63,995 nucleotides of DNA, filler included, from Basidioascus undulatus (GCA_000826855.1; 10 parts of 10 records of this genome joined end to end with filler, not necessarily neighbours in it), one strand, 5' to 3'. Positions 12,936 to 25,180 are shown, counted from the first letter of the whole stretch. Program-made: numbers and translations. Notes: generated by a model not told the origin, from the sequence alone.

Positions 12936-13016
12936 GTCGCTGTAGTATAGTGGTTAGTACATCACGTTGTGGTTGCTTGATCCGTGAAGACGGCAGTTCG
13001 ATTCCGCCCAGCGACA
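12936..13016 (+). tRNA. tRNA-His(GTG) with 9-nt intron
   Basis: Acceptor GTCGCTG/CAGCGAC, anticodon arm TCACG-TTGTGG[TTGCTTGAT]C-CGTGA, T loop TTCGATT. Confidence 0.9.
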
Positions 13017-13020
13017 TATC

Positions 13021-13120
13021 NNNNNNNNNNNNNNNNNNNNNNNNNNNNNNNNNNNNNNNNNNNNTTAATTAATTAANNNNNNNNNNNNNNNNNNNNNNNN
13101 NNNNNNNNNNNNNNNNNNNN
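13021..13120. other. Artificial contig linker
   Basis: N44-TTAATTAATTAA-N44. Confidence 0.99.
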
Positions 13121-14195
13121 CGCAGCGTGTTGGGCGAGTGGTGCGCGAGGAGGTGCGGAGATTGCGTGGCGAGGAGGTGCGGAGATTGCGTGGCGAGGAG
13201 GTGCGGCGACCCAGCGTAGTCGGTCGGGAGCGGCGGCGGCGCGTGGTGGTAGGTCGGTGCGAGAGCGGGGGACGTCAGCGGGGAGAAGAACTCGCCCCGC
13301 GTCGGCGTGCCCGTGAGGGACGGCGCTTGAGAGAAGGTCGAGACGGGGGTCATGGCGGGGGTGAGGAAGGGGGTGAAGAGGAGCTGTGATTTGGGCGAAC
13401 CCAATTTCAGTGCGGGACGAGTAGGGAAACGGGGAGATGTAACGCACGTCGATGTCGTCTTGCGGTTGTGTGTGCGCGGGGGACGGCACGTAGCCCTGCT
13501 GGCCGGATTGGGGCATGTAGATGGGAGACACCAGCTCGGGATGCATCTGCGCAAAGATCTCGGAGCTGGGGCCTGCATATTCTGGGCATCGCATCAAAAC
13601 CAGACTGACCCGGCCACACCGACGCTCGTGGACGCACCAGGAGTCATAATTCCCCGGCCCTCGAGCACCTGCGACTTTTGGTGCTGATGTTGATGTTGAT
13701 GCTGATTCTGATGCTGGTGTTGGGCGTGCTGGCGCTGCATGTCGTACGGGTTCGGCGAGTGCATGGGCGCAGGCGCTTGAGATGGGGCCGGGTGGTGTTG
13801 GTATTGCTGCAGATCCCATCTGGTCAGTCCACGTCATCCCTCATCAACTAAGGAACATTTGGACGCACCTGCTGCCTCAAGATGGTCTGCTGCATCTCCC
13901 TCATCTGCGCCTTGATCATCTCGAGCTCGGCGGAGAAGCCCGCGTTCTCCGCTTGCGGGCCCGGCTGCTGCTGAGCCTGAAACTGCTGCTGGTCGCCATG
14001 GGACTGGGCGGGGGATGGAAGGCTGAACGCGGCGTCGTCTGCACCACCGTTGTGGGCGGCGTGCTGCTGGTACGAGGTCATGTCGAGGCCGAAGGAAGTG
14101 AGGTCGAGGGAAGAGAGATCAAAGTCGGGGGGCAGAGATGGGGTATGCTGCTGCTGCTGCTGGTCTGTAGGCGGCGGCGCCGCGGGGACCTCCAT
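13121..14195 (-). CDS. N-terminal part of a Pho4/NUC-1/PalcA-like bHLH transcription factor (bHLH itself not in window)
   Basis: Gln-rich N-terminus, then FTPFLTPAMTP and FFSPLTSPAL motifs typical of fungal phosphate-acquisition regulators. Cut by contig start. Confidence 0.55.
13147..13206 (+). repeat. 24-bp coding tandem repeat, about 2.5 copies (SPHLLATQ on minus strand)
   Basis: GAGGAGGTGCGGAGATTGCGTGGC repeated head to tail. Confidence 0.85.
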
Positions 14196-14494
14196 CGTCG
14201 TGCTCGTCAGGTGCGTCGGCGTCTGTGTCGGCGTCGGCGTCGGGATCGTCGTTGAGGTAATTGTGATGGCGAGAAGAAGAAGAGGAATGGACGACAAGGC
14301 ACCGACAGGGACGACAGGCGCCAGAAACCTCCTGGAGTCCAGGGCGCGCTAACAGTTTATTAGGCTTACTTAATAGGGTGCTCCGAAATTCACGAAATTA
14401 AACCCGGTCTGGCTCAACTCAACTCTCAACCCCATCCCATCCCCGTCTTCTCCCTTCGCACCATCACATTCAGGCTCAACCATTCACGCGCACA

Positions 14495-15986
14495 ATGCCG
14501 CGACCATCCTCCTCAACGCGCGGCGGTGGCGGGCGCGGACGCGGGCGGGGCGGCGCCGGGCAGAAGGGCGGGTCGCTCCGGGACAAGCGCGCGGGTGGTG
14601 GGGGCGGTGGAGGGAGGAGGCAGCAATTTGGCGGGATGGACAGGCCCGACAGCGCAATTGACGCGGTGCCAGTCCGGGAGGGCGAGGAGGGCCGGAGCGA
14701 AGATGGTGAGTTGTGCTTGTTCTGCTCTCTCCATGCTGTGAACCTGACTGATGGGGAAGGGTGGGGACAGACGAGCTCGTAGCCAAGATCGACGTGCCCG
14801 TGGCGATGTGGGTACGCTGATCTGGCTCACTAGAAATGGGACGGCAGAGATCTGATGCTGCAAGGGCGGGGTGCAGGACTTTGACCACTGCGACCCGCGC
14901 CGCTGCAGCGGGAAGAAGCTCGCTCGAGCGGGGCTGATCCGCGACCTGCGAGTAGGCCAGAAGTTCCGAGGAATAGTCCTCTCGTTCGTCTTTCCCGCCT
15001 CCCTCCGTCTCCCTCATTATCCCTCAAACATTCTTGTTTCAGGCCCAAAGGCACCCAGACCGTCTCCCCCGCCGACCGCGACATCGTCGCCGAGCAGGGC
15101 TGCGCAGTCGTCGAGTGCTCCTGGGCGCGGCTGGACGAGCTCCCGTGGGGGAAGATCCGGTCGCCTCACGAGCGGCTGCGTGAGTTATTTCCTCTAGTCT
15201 TTCTATCATTCTCCTTCTTAAGCGGAAAGCTGATGGAACACAATAGTGCCCTTCCTGATCGCCACGAACCCCGTCAACTACGGCAAGCCCTGGCGGCTGA
15301 ACTGCGTCGAAGCGCTCGCCGCAGCATTCTACATCACCGGTTTCCCCGAGCACGCTGAGACACTGTACGTTCCTCCCCCTCTCCTCTTCCCTCTCTTCTT
15401 TCTCCCCTCCGTCTAAAACTGACGCTGCCGCCGCCCGTACACAGCCTGGCCAAGTTCTCCTGGGGCCATTCATTCTATGAAGTGAACGGCGCGCTCATCG
15501 AGCGCTACCGCGCGTGCTCGTCCGCCGCGGACGTCCTCCGGGCGCAGGAGGAGGAGATGGAGCTGCGCGAGCGCGAGTGGCAGGAGAGTCGGAGGAAGAC
15601 GGGTGCGTCTTTTTCCGCCATCTTCCCCTTCCCCTCTTTTTCCCCCATCTTCCCCTTCCCCCTTCTTCCACTTCCCCCTTCTTCCCCTTCCCCCTTCTTC
15701 CCCTTCCCCTTTCTTCCCCTTCACCCTTTCTTTCCCTTCTCTCCACACTTCTCCTTCTCCTGCTTTTGCTTTTGAATAGCGAACACGCAGTGCTGACGGG
15801 GCACCGCCTCGCACAGGAGACGAAGACGAGGACGACCTGTTGCAGGCAAACCCGAACCATGCGGGGTGGGAGCAGTTGGAGGAGGAGAGTGAAGAGGAGA
15901 GTGAAGAGGAGGACGAGAAGGAGGAGGATGCCGATGTTGCGGATGGCCTGGCGAACGATCTGCGAGACAAGGCGCGGGTGGGGTGA
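14495..15986 (+). CDS. TSR3: 18S rRNA aminocarboxypropyltransferase Tsr3
   Basis: [75 protein letters not shown], acidic tail. Confidence 0.95.
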
Positions 15987-16723
15987 TGCACTCGTGTGTT
16001 CGATTGAGACGCTGGGGTTTGGTGGTCTGCTTGTTTGGTTGGAGAGTGCCTGCGTCGGCTGGCACGCGGCCATTCCAGACCCAGTCACTTCATGAGGGCT
16101 GCCCATACCCTGGTGCGCTTCGAGGCGCTGTCTGCAGTTTCAGCGGGCGGGCCGTCGTGTCAATACACGCAAAGCTCTCGTGCTGTTCGGGTACTCGAAT
16201 AGCCCACGGCTTGGGGAGCTGATGGACTCCTTCCTGCTGCTGCTCCTGCTGAGCTGTCTGCGTTTCCAAGACTGATTTTAGCGGATAGAGTTGAACTCTA
16301 CTCCGCAGCAAGCTGTGCGTCCTCTTGAAGGGGCAGGTTTCGCCCATTGGCGAGTGCAGGGTGTTTGCTTTTCCTTCCAGCTTTTCACTTCCGGGCGCGC
16401 ATTCAGATGCAAGTTGCGGCTCTTGAGGATCCTGGAAAGCATAGACAAGGTTTCCCACTGTAGACACTACGCTGGAAAACACCGACAATTGCTTTCAGCT
16501 CCCACTTTCAACCGCTTTTACACTGTACCCACTTTTTGGTCTCCTACATAGCTCGGAAAAACCCTTGCTTTCCAACCAAGGACGTTGGGAACCGTGTCCT
16601 GCCCGCGACCGGACCGTCGGGTATGACCTAAGTGCGGCATGTCAACGAAGCAATCGTAGACGCGTCGCCGCTTCGACGGCGACACCACCAGCTCCTCCTC
16701 TTTCACCCCGACGAAAAATCAAA

Positions 16724-17819
16724 ATGGATCTTTCCATCTTCTCGTCCCTCCCATACTTCCAGCCGGGGGTATGTCCGCTCCGTTTGTGAGCTGAGTGCAG
16801 GCCCCCTGAGCTTGGACCCACTGCAGATGATGTACAACCAGTCCTCGACGGATGCGACGAGGCGTCTGTTCCAGTGCGCGGGCTTGGGACTCTTCATTGT
16901 CCGTTTCTTTCAGTCAATCTACAGCGGTGTCGTTCACTGTGGTTTTGCCCAAGTCGACATCACGCTCAAGTTCGACAAGCACCCGAGCCAGGCGCGGACT
17001 TGTACGAGTGGGAGTTCCAGGCGAGGAAGAAGGTTGGTGACACAATTCGATCTGAGCTCCTCCGGCACCCACAAGTATCCACGGAAGCTTAGCTCTGGAA
17101 TCCTTCCGCTCCAGCTGATCAAGGGCGTGAACGCATGAAGAGCGCTCAACAAGCCGCAGGTCGTTCGCGACTGACAGCCCATCCTCTACGTGTACGAGGT
17201 GCGTCCGCCTCTTGTCTGTCTCTTATATGACCAGCATGCTGAAGAATTCTTTTGTATTCAGCTGTACGAAGGCCAAGTGACCGACAACGACTTCACCAAC
17301 TTCGGGCACATGCTCTTCGCCGATGCGACTTTTCACCCGTTTCCTGCTGGTCCTCGTCAACCCGCCTCACGCCCCGCGTGCGTGAGCTCAACCTTCCTTC
17401 ATAGCATTATGTTACTCACAATTACTCTATAATTCCACGTTCAGACCACTACATCCATCAATACGATGCCGTCCTCGCCGCGCGCGCGAACTAGCTGTTC
17501 AGCCTGCTCACTAACCTCTCCGGCGCGGGTCAGCCTTCTCCCCAATGGTGCACTTTTGCCGACTCACCGAATTGTCTCACATCCTCATTCTTTGGGACGG
17601 GGCAGGGTGCGGGCGACGTACACCACGGCCGACTCGCCGTCCTGGGACCCCGCCTTCCTTGACTCGGTCGAGCCGCCCGCCGCTGGGTCGTCCGCCGGGC
17701 AGCACGCGCCCATCGTGCACATCACGCCGGAGAACTTTGTTCCTTCGCTCGAGAAGAAGGACATTGCGGAAATCAACAAGACGCTGCAGCAGAACCACAT
17801 CTACCCTCGAGACCTTTAA
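16724..17819 (+). pseudogene. Multi-exon hypothetical gene with a frameshift and two in-frame TGA codons
   Basis: MDLSIFSSLPYFQPG|MMYNQ...VDITLKFDK (frameshift) PEPGADLYEWEF...ELLRHPQ|LIKGVNA*RALNKPQVVRD*QPILYVYE|LYEGQVTDNDF...HIYPRDL-TAA. Splice sites are intact. Confidence 0.55.
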
Positions 17820-18191
17820 GCTACCTTATTTCTTATAGGAAAAAAAAGAGTGAACATCGGAATATTGTCTGCAAAGGAATGGCCGGCACGAGAGGAAGGG
17901 GAGAGCCAACGCCGCAGTTATCCGATAAGCCCAGGCTTTGTGACGCAATGACAGGCACGCCGTGGCGCCAATCAAATCGAGTCTTTGCCCGCCTCGCTTC
18001 GCCTCCCGCTTGCACCGCTTGGACGCAATTGTGCACGCGAGCAGTTCAAGATCATCCGCAGAGCCCCCTTTCTTCATTCAACCACCACCATCTCTCCGTC
18101 CTACCAATCTACACTCACCACAGCCGGTGCAATGGCTCTGCACCTGTACTGCCATCCATTCTTGTAACTCCGCCAAAGCGCTGTGTATATC

Positions 18192-19340
18192 ATGGTGCGT
18201 CTTCCATCCGCTATCAACATCACGTCGGTACTCAGTCCCTCCTTTACAGTCCATATCTCTCCTCGCACCCACTCCCACGCCAGCGGCAGCGGCAGCACCG
18301 CAGCTGCCCTGGCCGCGCACGAACGCCTGCGCATGGCACCAGCCGTGGCTGTCGCTCCTCCCGGTACTCCGCGCGAAGGGGTACACGCTCGACCTCCAGC
18401 CTTGCCCATACATGGGCGTGAGCATGTTGGATATTAGCCGGATGAAGGTGTGCCTTTTCTCAATTCCTCTGCCGACTGCTTCTCTGCTGTTCGCTAGCCG
18501 CAGCCTCCGCAGTCGCTGACATGGGGAAGGGTGACAGTCCCCATTCGTCGCATTCGGGCGAAGCTTGGCTGGACAACAGCGCAAAGCGTTCCGCGTTGTC
18601 TCTGAGCAAACGCACGAGCTGGCGGTTCTGGAGCGTCTGAGAGGCGCGAAGGGCGTGGTGATGGTGGAAGACGTCCTCGACGTTGGCAGCGGCGTCAGGC
18701 TCGTCGTGATGCCGTACGAAACGCCGGCGTGTGAGGTGGAGTGTGAGAGGTGCGAGGTGCGCAGGATGATTAGGGACGTTCTTCAGGTGAGCAATCGTAA
18801 GTTTGTACAGGTAGGAGAGGTGGGTGGCTAAGCCTGAAGCGCGCGGATCTGCAGGCGATGGAACACGTGCATTCTCGCGGTGTGCTGCATAGGGTGTCTC
18901 TCCTCTTTCTGTATTCGTCCGAGACTTCGTAGGATTAATCGCTCACTCTTCCTTCAGGATCTCACACTCCGCAACGTCCTCCGTACCCCAACCGGCTTTG
19001 TCCTCTGCGATTTCGGCGACTCCATCCTTCTTCCGCCCTCTCCGTCTCCCTCCGCATTCGCCGCGGACTACCGGACGTTGGCGGGGTCGCTTCAGTGCTT
19101 CTTCGGGGTACGTGTGCTCCTTCCGTCGGCCCTCGTCGTCTGGCGTGGGCTGTAGAGGGCTGACACGGTTTCGGTCGGTGTGCGGCGTCGGGTTGGTACG
19201 TGCAGAAGGGGGAGGTGGCGCGCTTGTTCGAAGGGGGCGAGCTGGAGGAGGTCCGGGGGATATTATGGAGGATAGAGAGGGGTGAAAATGGGGCGGGAAG
19301 GGAACTGAGAGACTTGGCGGAGCGGTCATGCGAGGCTTGA
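18192..19340 (+). CDS. Short protein-kinase-like protein
   Basis: Spliced ...ELAVLERLRGAKGVV...LVVMPY...MIRDVLQ|AMEHVHSRGVLHR|DLTLRNVL...FVLCDFGDS, so HRD and DFG motifs are present. ATG is followed directly by a GTGCGT intron. Confidence 0.7.
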
Positions 19341-19929
19341 TGGAACTGGGAAGGACTGCCGATCCTTCATTCGCTGCATTGCAATTGGAGTGCCTCGGGG
19401 TGGCCATGAACAATTTTAATCTCACATGCTCTGTACAGCCTGCTTTCTACGCAAGCTTGATGCAGAGCAAGGCTGAAACGTGTGCTGCCAGAAGAAGTTT
19501 TGCAACCTTGGTGACTGGTGCCAGCTTCTTCGAAATGTTTTACATGCCGGAAGGAGGGTAAAGTTTCCAGTTTAATTCACCTTGCGCTGCCATTCTCCTT
19601 GCAGTGATCGATATGGCCAGTGCCAGCGCCTGCACCTGGAGTCTGGACAGTTTGCACCGTCATCCCCCATGCATGGACTCTGTTCGCACTCGGTGCAACA
19701 TTGGACCGTTCTCTTCTCGATTTTACTCCTTCGCATGTGTTTAAGGGAAAGAAGAGTCGTCATCAAACCCTCTCGTGTGATCGTTGTGCGTCGCCTGACC
19801 ATGGAGTACAATAGGTACTGCAGGCGCTACCGGAGAGGGCGGCCCGGCAGACTGCAGTTCCCATAAAGACTCACCGGTTCTCTGAAGCCTTGAGCACATT
19901 GCTTATCTTGACAATTCGCCTTCCGAAAC

Positions 19930-21398
19930 ATGCTGGAAAAACTGCTCCTCCTCGCAACGATCGCTCTGTCTAGCGTTGCAGGCGCTGCCGCGGCGCCGCA
20001 GCCCAGTCGGGAGGCCACGCTGCATAAACGCCAGGACAACTTGAAGGTACGAATGTTCTCCCTTTCCTCTATCCGATTTCGCAACCTTGACCGGAGCGTT
20101 GCCCAAAAACAGTACGAGGGCTACATCTTTGCCTACTTCATCGGCGAGAACTACGAGGCCGGCGAGCAGGTCTATTTGGCCGCGTCAGTCGGAAACGACC
20201 TGCTCAACTGGCAAGTCCTCAACGGAGGCTACGCCATCCTCAACTCGACGCTCGGCGAGCAAGGCGTGCGAGACCCCACCATCATCCGCTCCGTCGACGG
20301 CGACAAGTTCTGGCTCATCGCGACCGACTTGAAGGTAAAACGCTTCGCTTGAAAACTTGGATTGGCGGTACACAGTTGCATGTGCTCATATTCAGGGAGG
20401 TTTTCACAGATGGACGGTAGCTCAGACTGGGATTACGCGACGCGGTACGGCAGTCGGTACCTCTCGATCTGGTGCGTTGAAAGTCCAGCTGTGTGAATAA
20501 TCATGGCAGACCGCTAACCGTACTGCTTCGTGAAGGGAGTCGGAGGACCTCGTTTCCTGGTCGGAGCAGCGGCTTGTCGAGGTCAGCGGTCCGGAGGCTG
20601 GTGAGTAGTCTTTTCCCCTGCCGAATCCTGACGCTCTCTAAGGTTCTGGAAGCGATACTGATGCGTTTTCCCCAATGAAGGCAACACTTGGGCGCCGGAA
20701 GCCACCTGGTCGGACGAGCTTCAGGTGTACTTCGTTGTGTGGGCAAGCAAGCTGTACGAAGCGAACGACACGGAGCACGTCGGTCATTCCTACAACCGCA
20801 TCATGTACGTTCTCTCCTCTCTGTAGTCAAGAAGCTTACCCAATGGCTTATCCCATGTTTTTAGGTACTCCACTACCACGGATTTCGTGACGTTCTCCGA
20901 GCCTCAGATCTACATTGACTGTGAGCACAGTCTGAATGTTCTCACTGACCGTGTTTTCAGCTGATAGCAAAACTTTGCTAAGATAACCGCGGCATCATCG
21001 ACACGTCCTTCCTGCGTGCCGACAACGGTGAGCTCTACCGCTTCAACAAGGACGAAGAGCCGGGCATCTATCAGTACTTCACCTTCCAAGAAGTATCTTC
21101 GGACGGCAGCCTGTTCGGGAACTGGTCGCTCATCGTCGAAGGGATCGGCTTCAACGAGGGTCTCGAGCAGGCGGAGGGCCAGTTTGCGTTCGCCAGCAAC
21201 ACCGAGGAGGGCAAGTACTACCTGTTCGTCGACGACGCGAACCGCGAGGACTACGTGCCATACGAGACGACGGACATCGCTGCCGGCGCGTGGTCGAGGA
21301 TCTACAATGCGTCCCTGCCCGGCGAGCCTAGGCATGGAACCGTCCTGCGTGTCACGGCGGAGGAGCACGCGCGGGTGGTGGCGGCGTACAGCGTGTAG
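19930..21398 (+). CDS. Secreted glycoside hydrolase family 43 (arabinosidase-like)
   Basis: Signal peptide plus KR site, YEGYIFAYF, GVRDPTIIRS..GDKFWLIATDL, GNTWAPEA, IIDTS, YYLFVD, PRHGTVL. Confidence 0.9.
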
Positions 21399-21538
21399 GG
21401 AAGCACTCGTATTTATGCTGAAACGGCAGGGAAAGATAGGGGCTCTGTCTCGCAAAGGAATGAATTGCTTTCGTGAACGATGGCGTCTCGAGTGCATGTC
21501 TCGTGTAAGAAAGCGTCAACGTTACACCTGCCCCAGCC

Positions 21539-21873
21539 TCAAAAGTAGTAGTCGTCAGAGTCGTAACCCCCGCCTCCCTTCCTAGCCGCGAGTGAACCGC
21601 CGCAATGGGTGTGTTAGCTGATTGTTTGTGGACCAGAAATGCGGACAAGGAGGACGCACTGGTAAACAGTGAAAGAGAACTTCGCCTTCTGCGTGCCCTT
21701 CGACCACTCCACCGTCAGGGACTCGACGTCGATCTCGGTCGTGCCGGTCTTCTTGGACTTGGGTGAGTGTCTAGAATGTACCCATGTCAGCCAGACGTTG
21801 TGAAGTATGGGAGATTGGACACGCACCCTCGACCCACGGGTGCGCCGCCGACAGTCCAAGTGTTACCCTTGAG
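21539..21873 (-). CDS. 3' exons of a hypothetical protein; upstream exons unclear or degenerate
   Basis: Splices to LKGNTWTVGGAPVGRG|HSPKSKKTGTTEIDVESLTVEWSKGTQKAKFSFTVYQ|KGGGGYDSDDYYF-TGA using two GTGCGT..TAG introns. Confidence 0.5.
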
Positions 21874-23522
21874 CTGGTGCCCAGAGTGGAGTTAATCTTT
21901 GATAATCATGCTCAAGGCGTGAAAGAAGTTGACCTTTTGAAGAACAGGGCTGCATTGACCCAGCAGTGACCATGAGGTCTTCCCATTCACTAGGCATTCG
22001 GGGCAAACCAACAGGACCACGTGGTACTGCGTACCAGCCTATAATGCTTGCGCGGCCTTTGATGCACTCAAACGCTGGTTTAAACCTCAAAGAGATCGAA
22101 AATATTTAGTCGAGCACACAAACCTTCCTTTCACGCCTTTATTACATGCTCTAGGTCACACCGCCCATAAAGCGGAGCACACTGCCAGCGCTTCTTCCTC
22201 CCAAATCTTCTTCTCTCGACCACCTCCAGCTACTGTCCGCCATGTCTCTTCCCTCTCACCTGTCAAAATCGGGGTGTGTGTGTTGCTGTTGTGGCGAGAA
22301 GATGTAGGGGATGAAGGTGACCGAAGCAGAGCTTCTGAGATGCTGGCCCTAGACTGGTCTCCTATGAGTGAGGTCTGCTTCTTTAGAGATCCCCTACAAC
22401 AGCATGAGCATCAATGTGTGTAAATACTGAAGTTATGGGTTTAGACATACCGGCGAAATCGCCCATCCCTTCAGCAACTTTACAACGGTGGACTCGAGCC
22501 CCTTCCCCTCTCGCACACATAGCAAAGCACGAGAGGACTTTGACGTGACAGACAATAGTGGCTCATCAGGGTGACGGAGACGGGGTGGGACACTTGGTGG
22601 CACGTCGAACATTGCGTATCAATCCAGACCAAGGCGCTTTGCCTCCGGCTCCCTGAATGCTTGTGCCTCGCGAGCATTCTGAACACAGGAGGAGCAGTGA
22701 GTGAAAATACTTGCGTGCGGAGAAGAACGGGGTTCTGAACGGGGCTGACGATGTCGTACAGAACGTAGAGGCCAGGACAGTCGTGAAACCGAGTTAGGAA
22801 TGCGGTGGTGATCTCGAGTGAATTGAGGTTTGAGAGCCGATAACGTCTACTTGGGCCTGCGGTGGTGTGCGCGAACCGGATGGAGGACGTGGTCGACCCG
22901 AGGAACATGTGACTGGAGCGGATGTGGTGGATGAGCATTGTAATGGCGAAGAGTGAGGCGGTGAGCGTAGGGGAGAAAGCAGAAACGAGAGGGAGGAGGT
23001 CACGGTGGCACTCATGACACGTCCAACGGCTTCCCCTTGTGGCCTTCGGCGCATCATTTACAGGCAGTAGGGGTAACTAAAAAATCGGGTGCAGGTTATA
23101 GACAAGTTTATCTGTCAGGGACGGAGAAAGTCAGCAGCGTGCACTGTTCGATACGACAAGGCATGCAGCTACCCGCATTCCTGGAGTCGTGCAGTCCTAG
23201 GTTACATCTCCCAAAGAGTATAGTTAGGCCCAGACTCAAAAGCAATCAAGCTCCCCGACTCATGGAGAGGCTGTTGGGCGGCCTAGAAACGCTTTATTCT
23301 ACGCCGTGATCTTTGTTGAACTGACTTCCTGTCAGGCTGTACATGGCTGTGGTGACAAGATGGGAATAATGTAAGATGTACTGGAGTGAAGATATTAATA
23401 CTTGACGAACAAGGGCGTCAGTATGGAAGGGGAAAAAGCTTGGAAGCGCCCAACCGACCCCGTGAGAACGGCACGCGGAAGATCTCAACACTTTTTCAAC
23501 ACTCTCCTCATCAAAAAAAGCC

Positions 23523-24966
23523 TCACTTGCCCTCCGCATCCTCCCACTCCCCGAACCTTAACACCCCCAAATCCCCGCCCTTCCCCTTCGCATTATACCC
23601 ATTCCACCAGTCCCGCGCCCCAACCTCCTTCTTCCCTCTCGCCTTGAGCCGGCCAATCCTGACCGCCCCTCCCTGCTCCCCGCCACATCGGATGACCACC
23701 GCGTCACCGCTCGGATCGAGCACAGCGCTGCCGGGCGGGGCGTCCGCCAATGCGGAGGGCGGGTCGCTGGAGTGCAGAGTGACGGAGAGGAGCTGCGTGG
23801 GTGTTGCGGTGGGAAGGAGGGGGGCGAGGAGAGGTTGCTTGTGTGCGGTGGAGGAAGGTGAGCTGGGGGAGGGGGAAGCGAAGCGGGACGAACGCACTTG
23901 GTGTGCGATTGCGCAGTGCAGCCTGGTGATTTCGATTGCGGATTGGCGGGAGAAGGAGATTTGCGCTGTCTGGGGGCGGATTTTGGGGGCGTGTGTTGCG
24001 TGTGTGGGGTTTTGGGGTTGTGCGTTGCGCTGGGGAGACGGGGTTTTAAAAAGGATACATGGGAGATAGGGGGGAAATGGGGGGAGTGCGGGAGGGGAAG
24101 GCGCCTTACCTTGTGCGCTTCAAAGTCGCGCAGGACGGAGACGACCAGCTTGCCCGAAAGTAGACCGAGCTGCGCTTCGAGCTCGTGATAAGTCGCTCCA
24201 TCCGGGACGTCCTGTCCGCCATCAGAACCTTCAGTAAATTCACCCCCCGCAATCTTCCCAGGCAGACGCACCGCCCCAACCTGCGCCAGCACCTCCCCCC
24301 GATCAAACTTCCCCACGCTCATGCCCTGCACGCTGACGCCCGTCCTCCGCAGCCCACGCGCGATGGCCCACTGGATCGGCGCCGCCCCCCTTAGCTGGGG
24401 AAGCAAGCTCGGGTGTGCGTTGAGTGCGTGGAGTGGCGCGTACCGCGCGAGGAGTTGGGAGGGGAGGAGCGAGCCGTAGGAGGCGGTGAGGAGGAGGGTG
24501 GACGGTGTGGGTGGCGTGAAGGTGGCCAGCTCGGAGGAGGTCGGGGAGAGGATGGGGAGGGAGAGGGAGGTGGCGTGGATTTTGAGGGGCGCTGGGATAC
24601 AGGGTGGAGGAGCAGATGAGAGAGGGGAGAGGGGAGGTAGATGGATGGAAGGGTGGGGATGGACCTTGCCGGATTTGTTTTAGGCCTCGGCCGGTCCGGG
24701 CGTCGGGAGGGGTAATAACTGTGATAGAGGACCAGACATCTAGATTTCTAGTCCGTATCAGCACTGTCATTCTATTCAAAAGTATGTTGGTAACGAAACG
24801 CGCCTTTGGCAGCGTGGACTTCTTTGAGCGTAGCGATCGAGAAGTTGTCAGAGCCAAAGAGAAGGATATCGAATGGTTTTCTCGGGGCCTCGTCAGTCGT
24901 GATTGATCCAATACGACATGTCAGTAGCGAGCGAGGAGATCGAGCGCGGGCGGCAGCGGCGAGCAT
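23523..24966 (-). CDS. FMT1: Mitochondrial methionyl-tRNA formyltransferase
   Basis: Presequence-like N-terminus, ILLFGSDNFS, TPPDARTGRG, TASYG, LNAHPSLLPQLRGAAPIQWAI, TGVSVQ, FDRG, THAPKI, DWWNG. Confidence 0.93.
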
Positions 24967-25180
24967 CTTCGCCGCTCGAAGACAAGGCGCGTCGCTCGCA
25001 GCTTGGTCGGCGACCGTGACCTTCGCTTCTCTGGCTTCACCTCACTTACCTCGCCTGCCCCGCCCACGCTGCCCACCTCGCCGCAGAAGCGCGCCTGACA
25101 CCGCACACACGCGATCCGGGCTGAGCCCGCCTGCCTCTCCCCGACCTTCCGACTCATCTCGCACCAACGAACAAACGACC

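Noticed and set aside
15602..15780. CT-rich low-complexity repeats encoding Phe/Pro- or Gly/Lys-rich ORFs
   Set aside because: They lie inside a TSR3 intron and are a pyrimidine tract, not coding.
17120..17180. Genome-wide UGA-to-Trp or selenocysteine recoding
   Set aside because: Several conserved genes end at TGA exactly at the expected C-terminus (HDEL-TGA, DDDDW-TGA), TGG is used for Trp throughout, and no SECIS is evident.
19930..21398. GH43 as a recent bacterial transfer
   Set aside because: It has multiple canonical introns and a fungal signal peptide with a KR site, and this GH43 type is common in fungi.
22480..23057. 152-aa minus-strand ORF as a gene
   Set aside because: No recognisable motif, weak codon bias and no supported exon structure.
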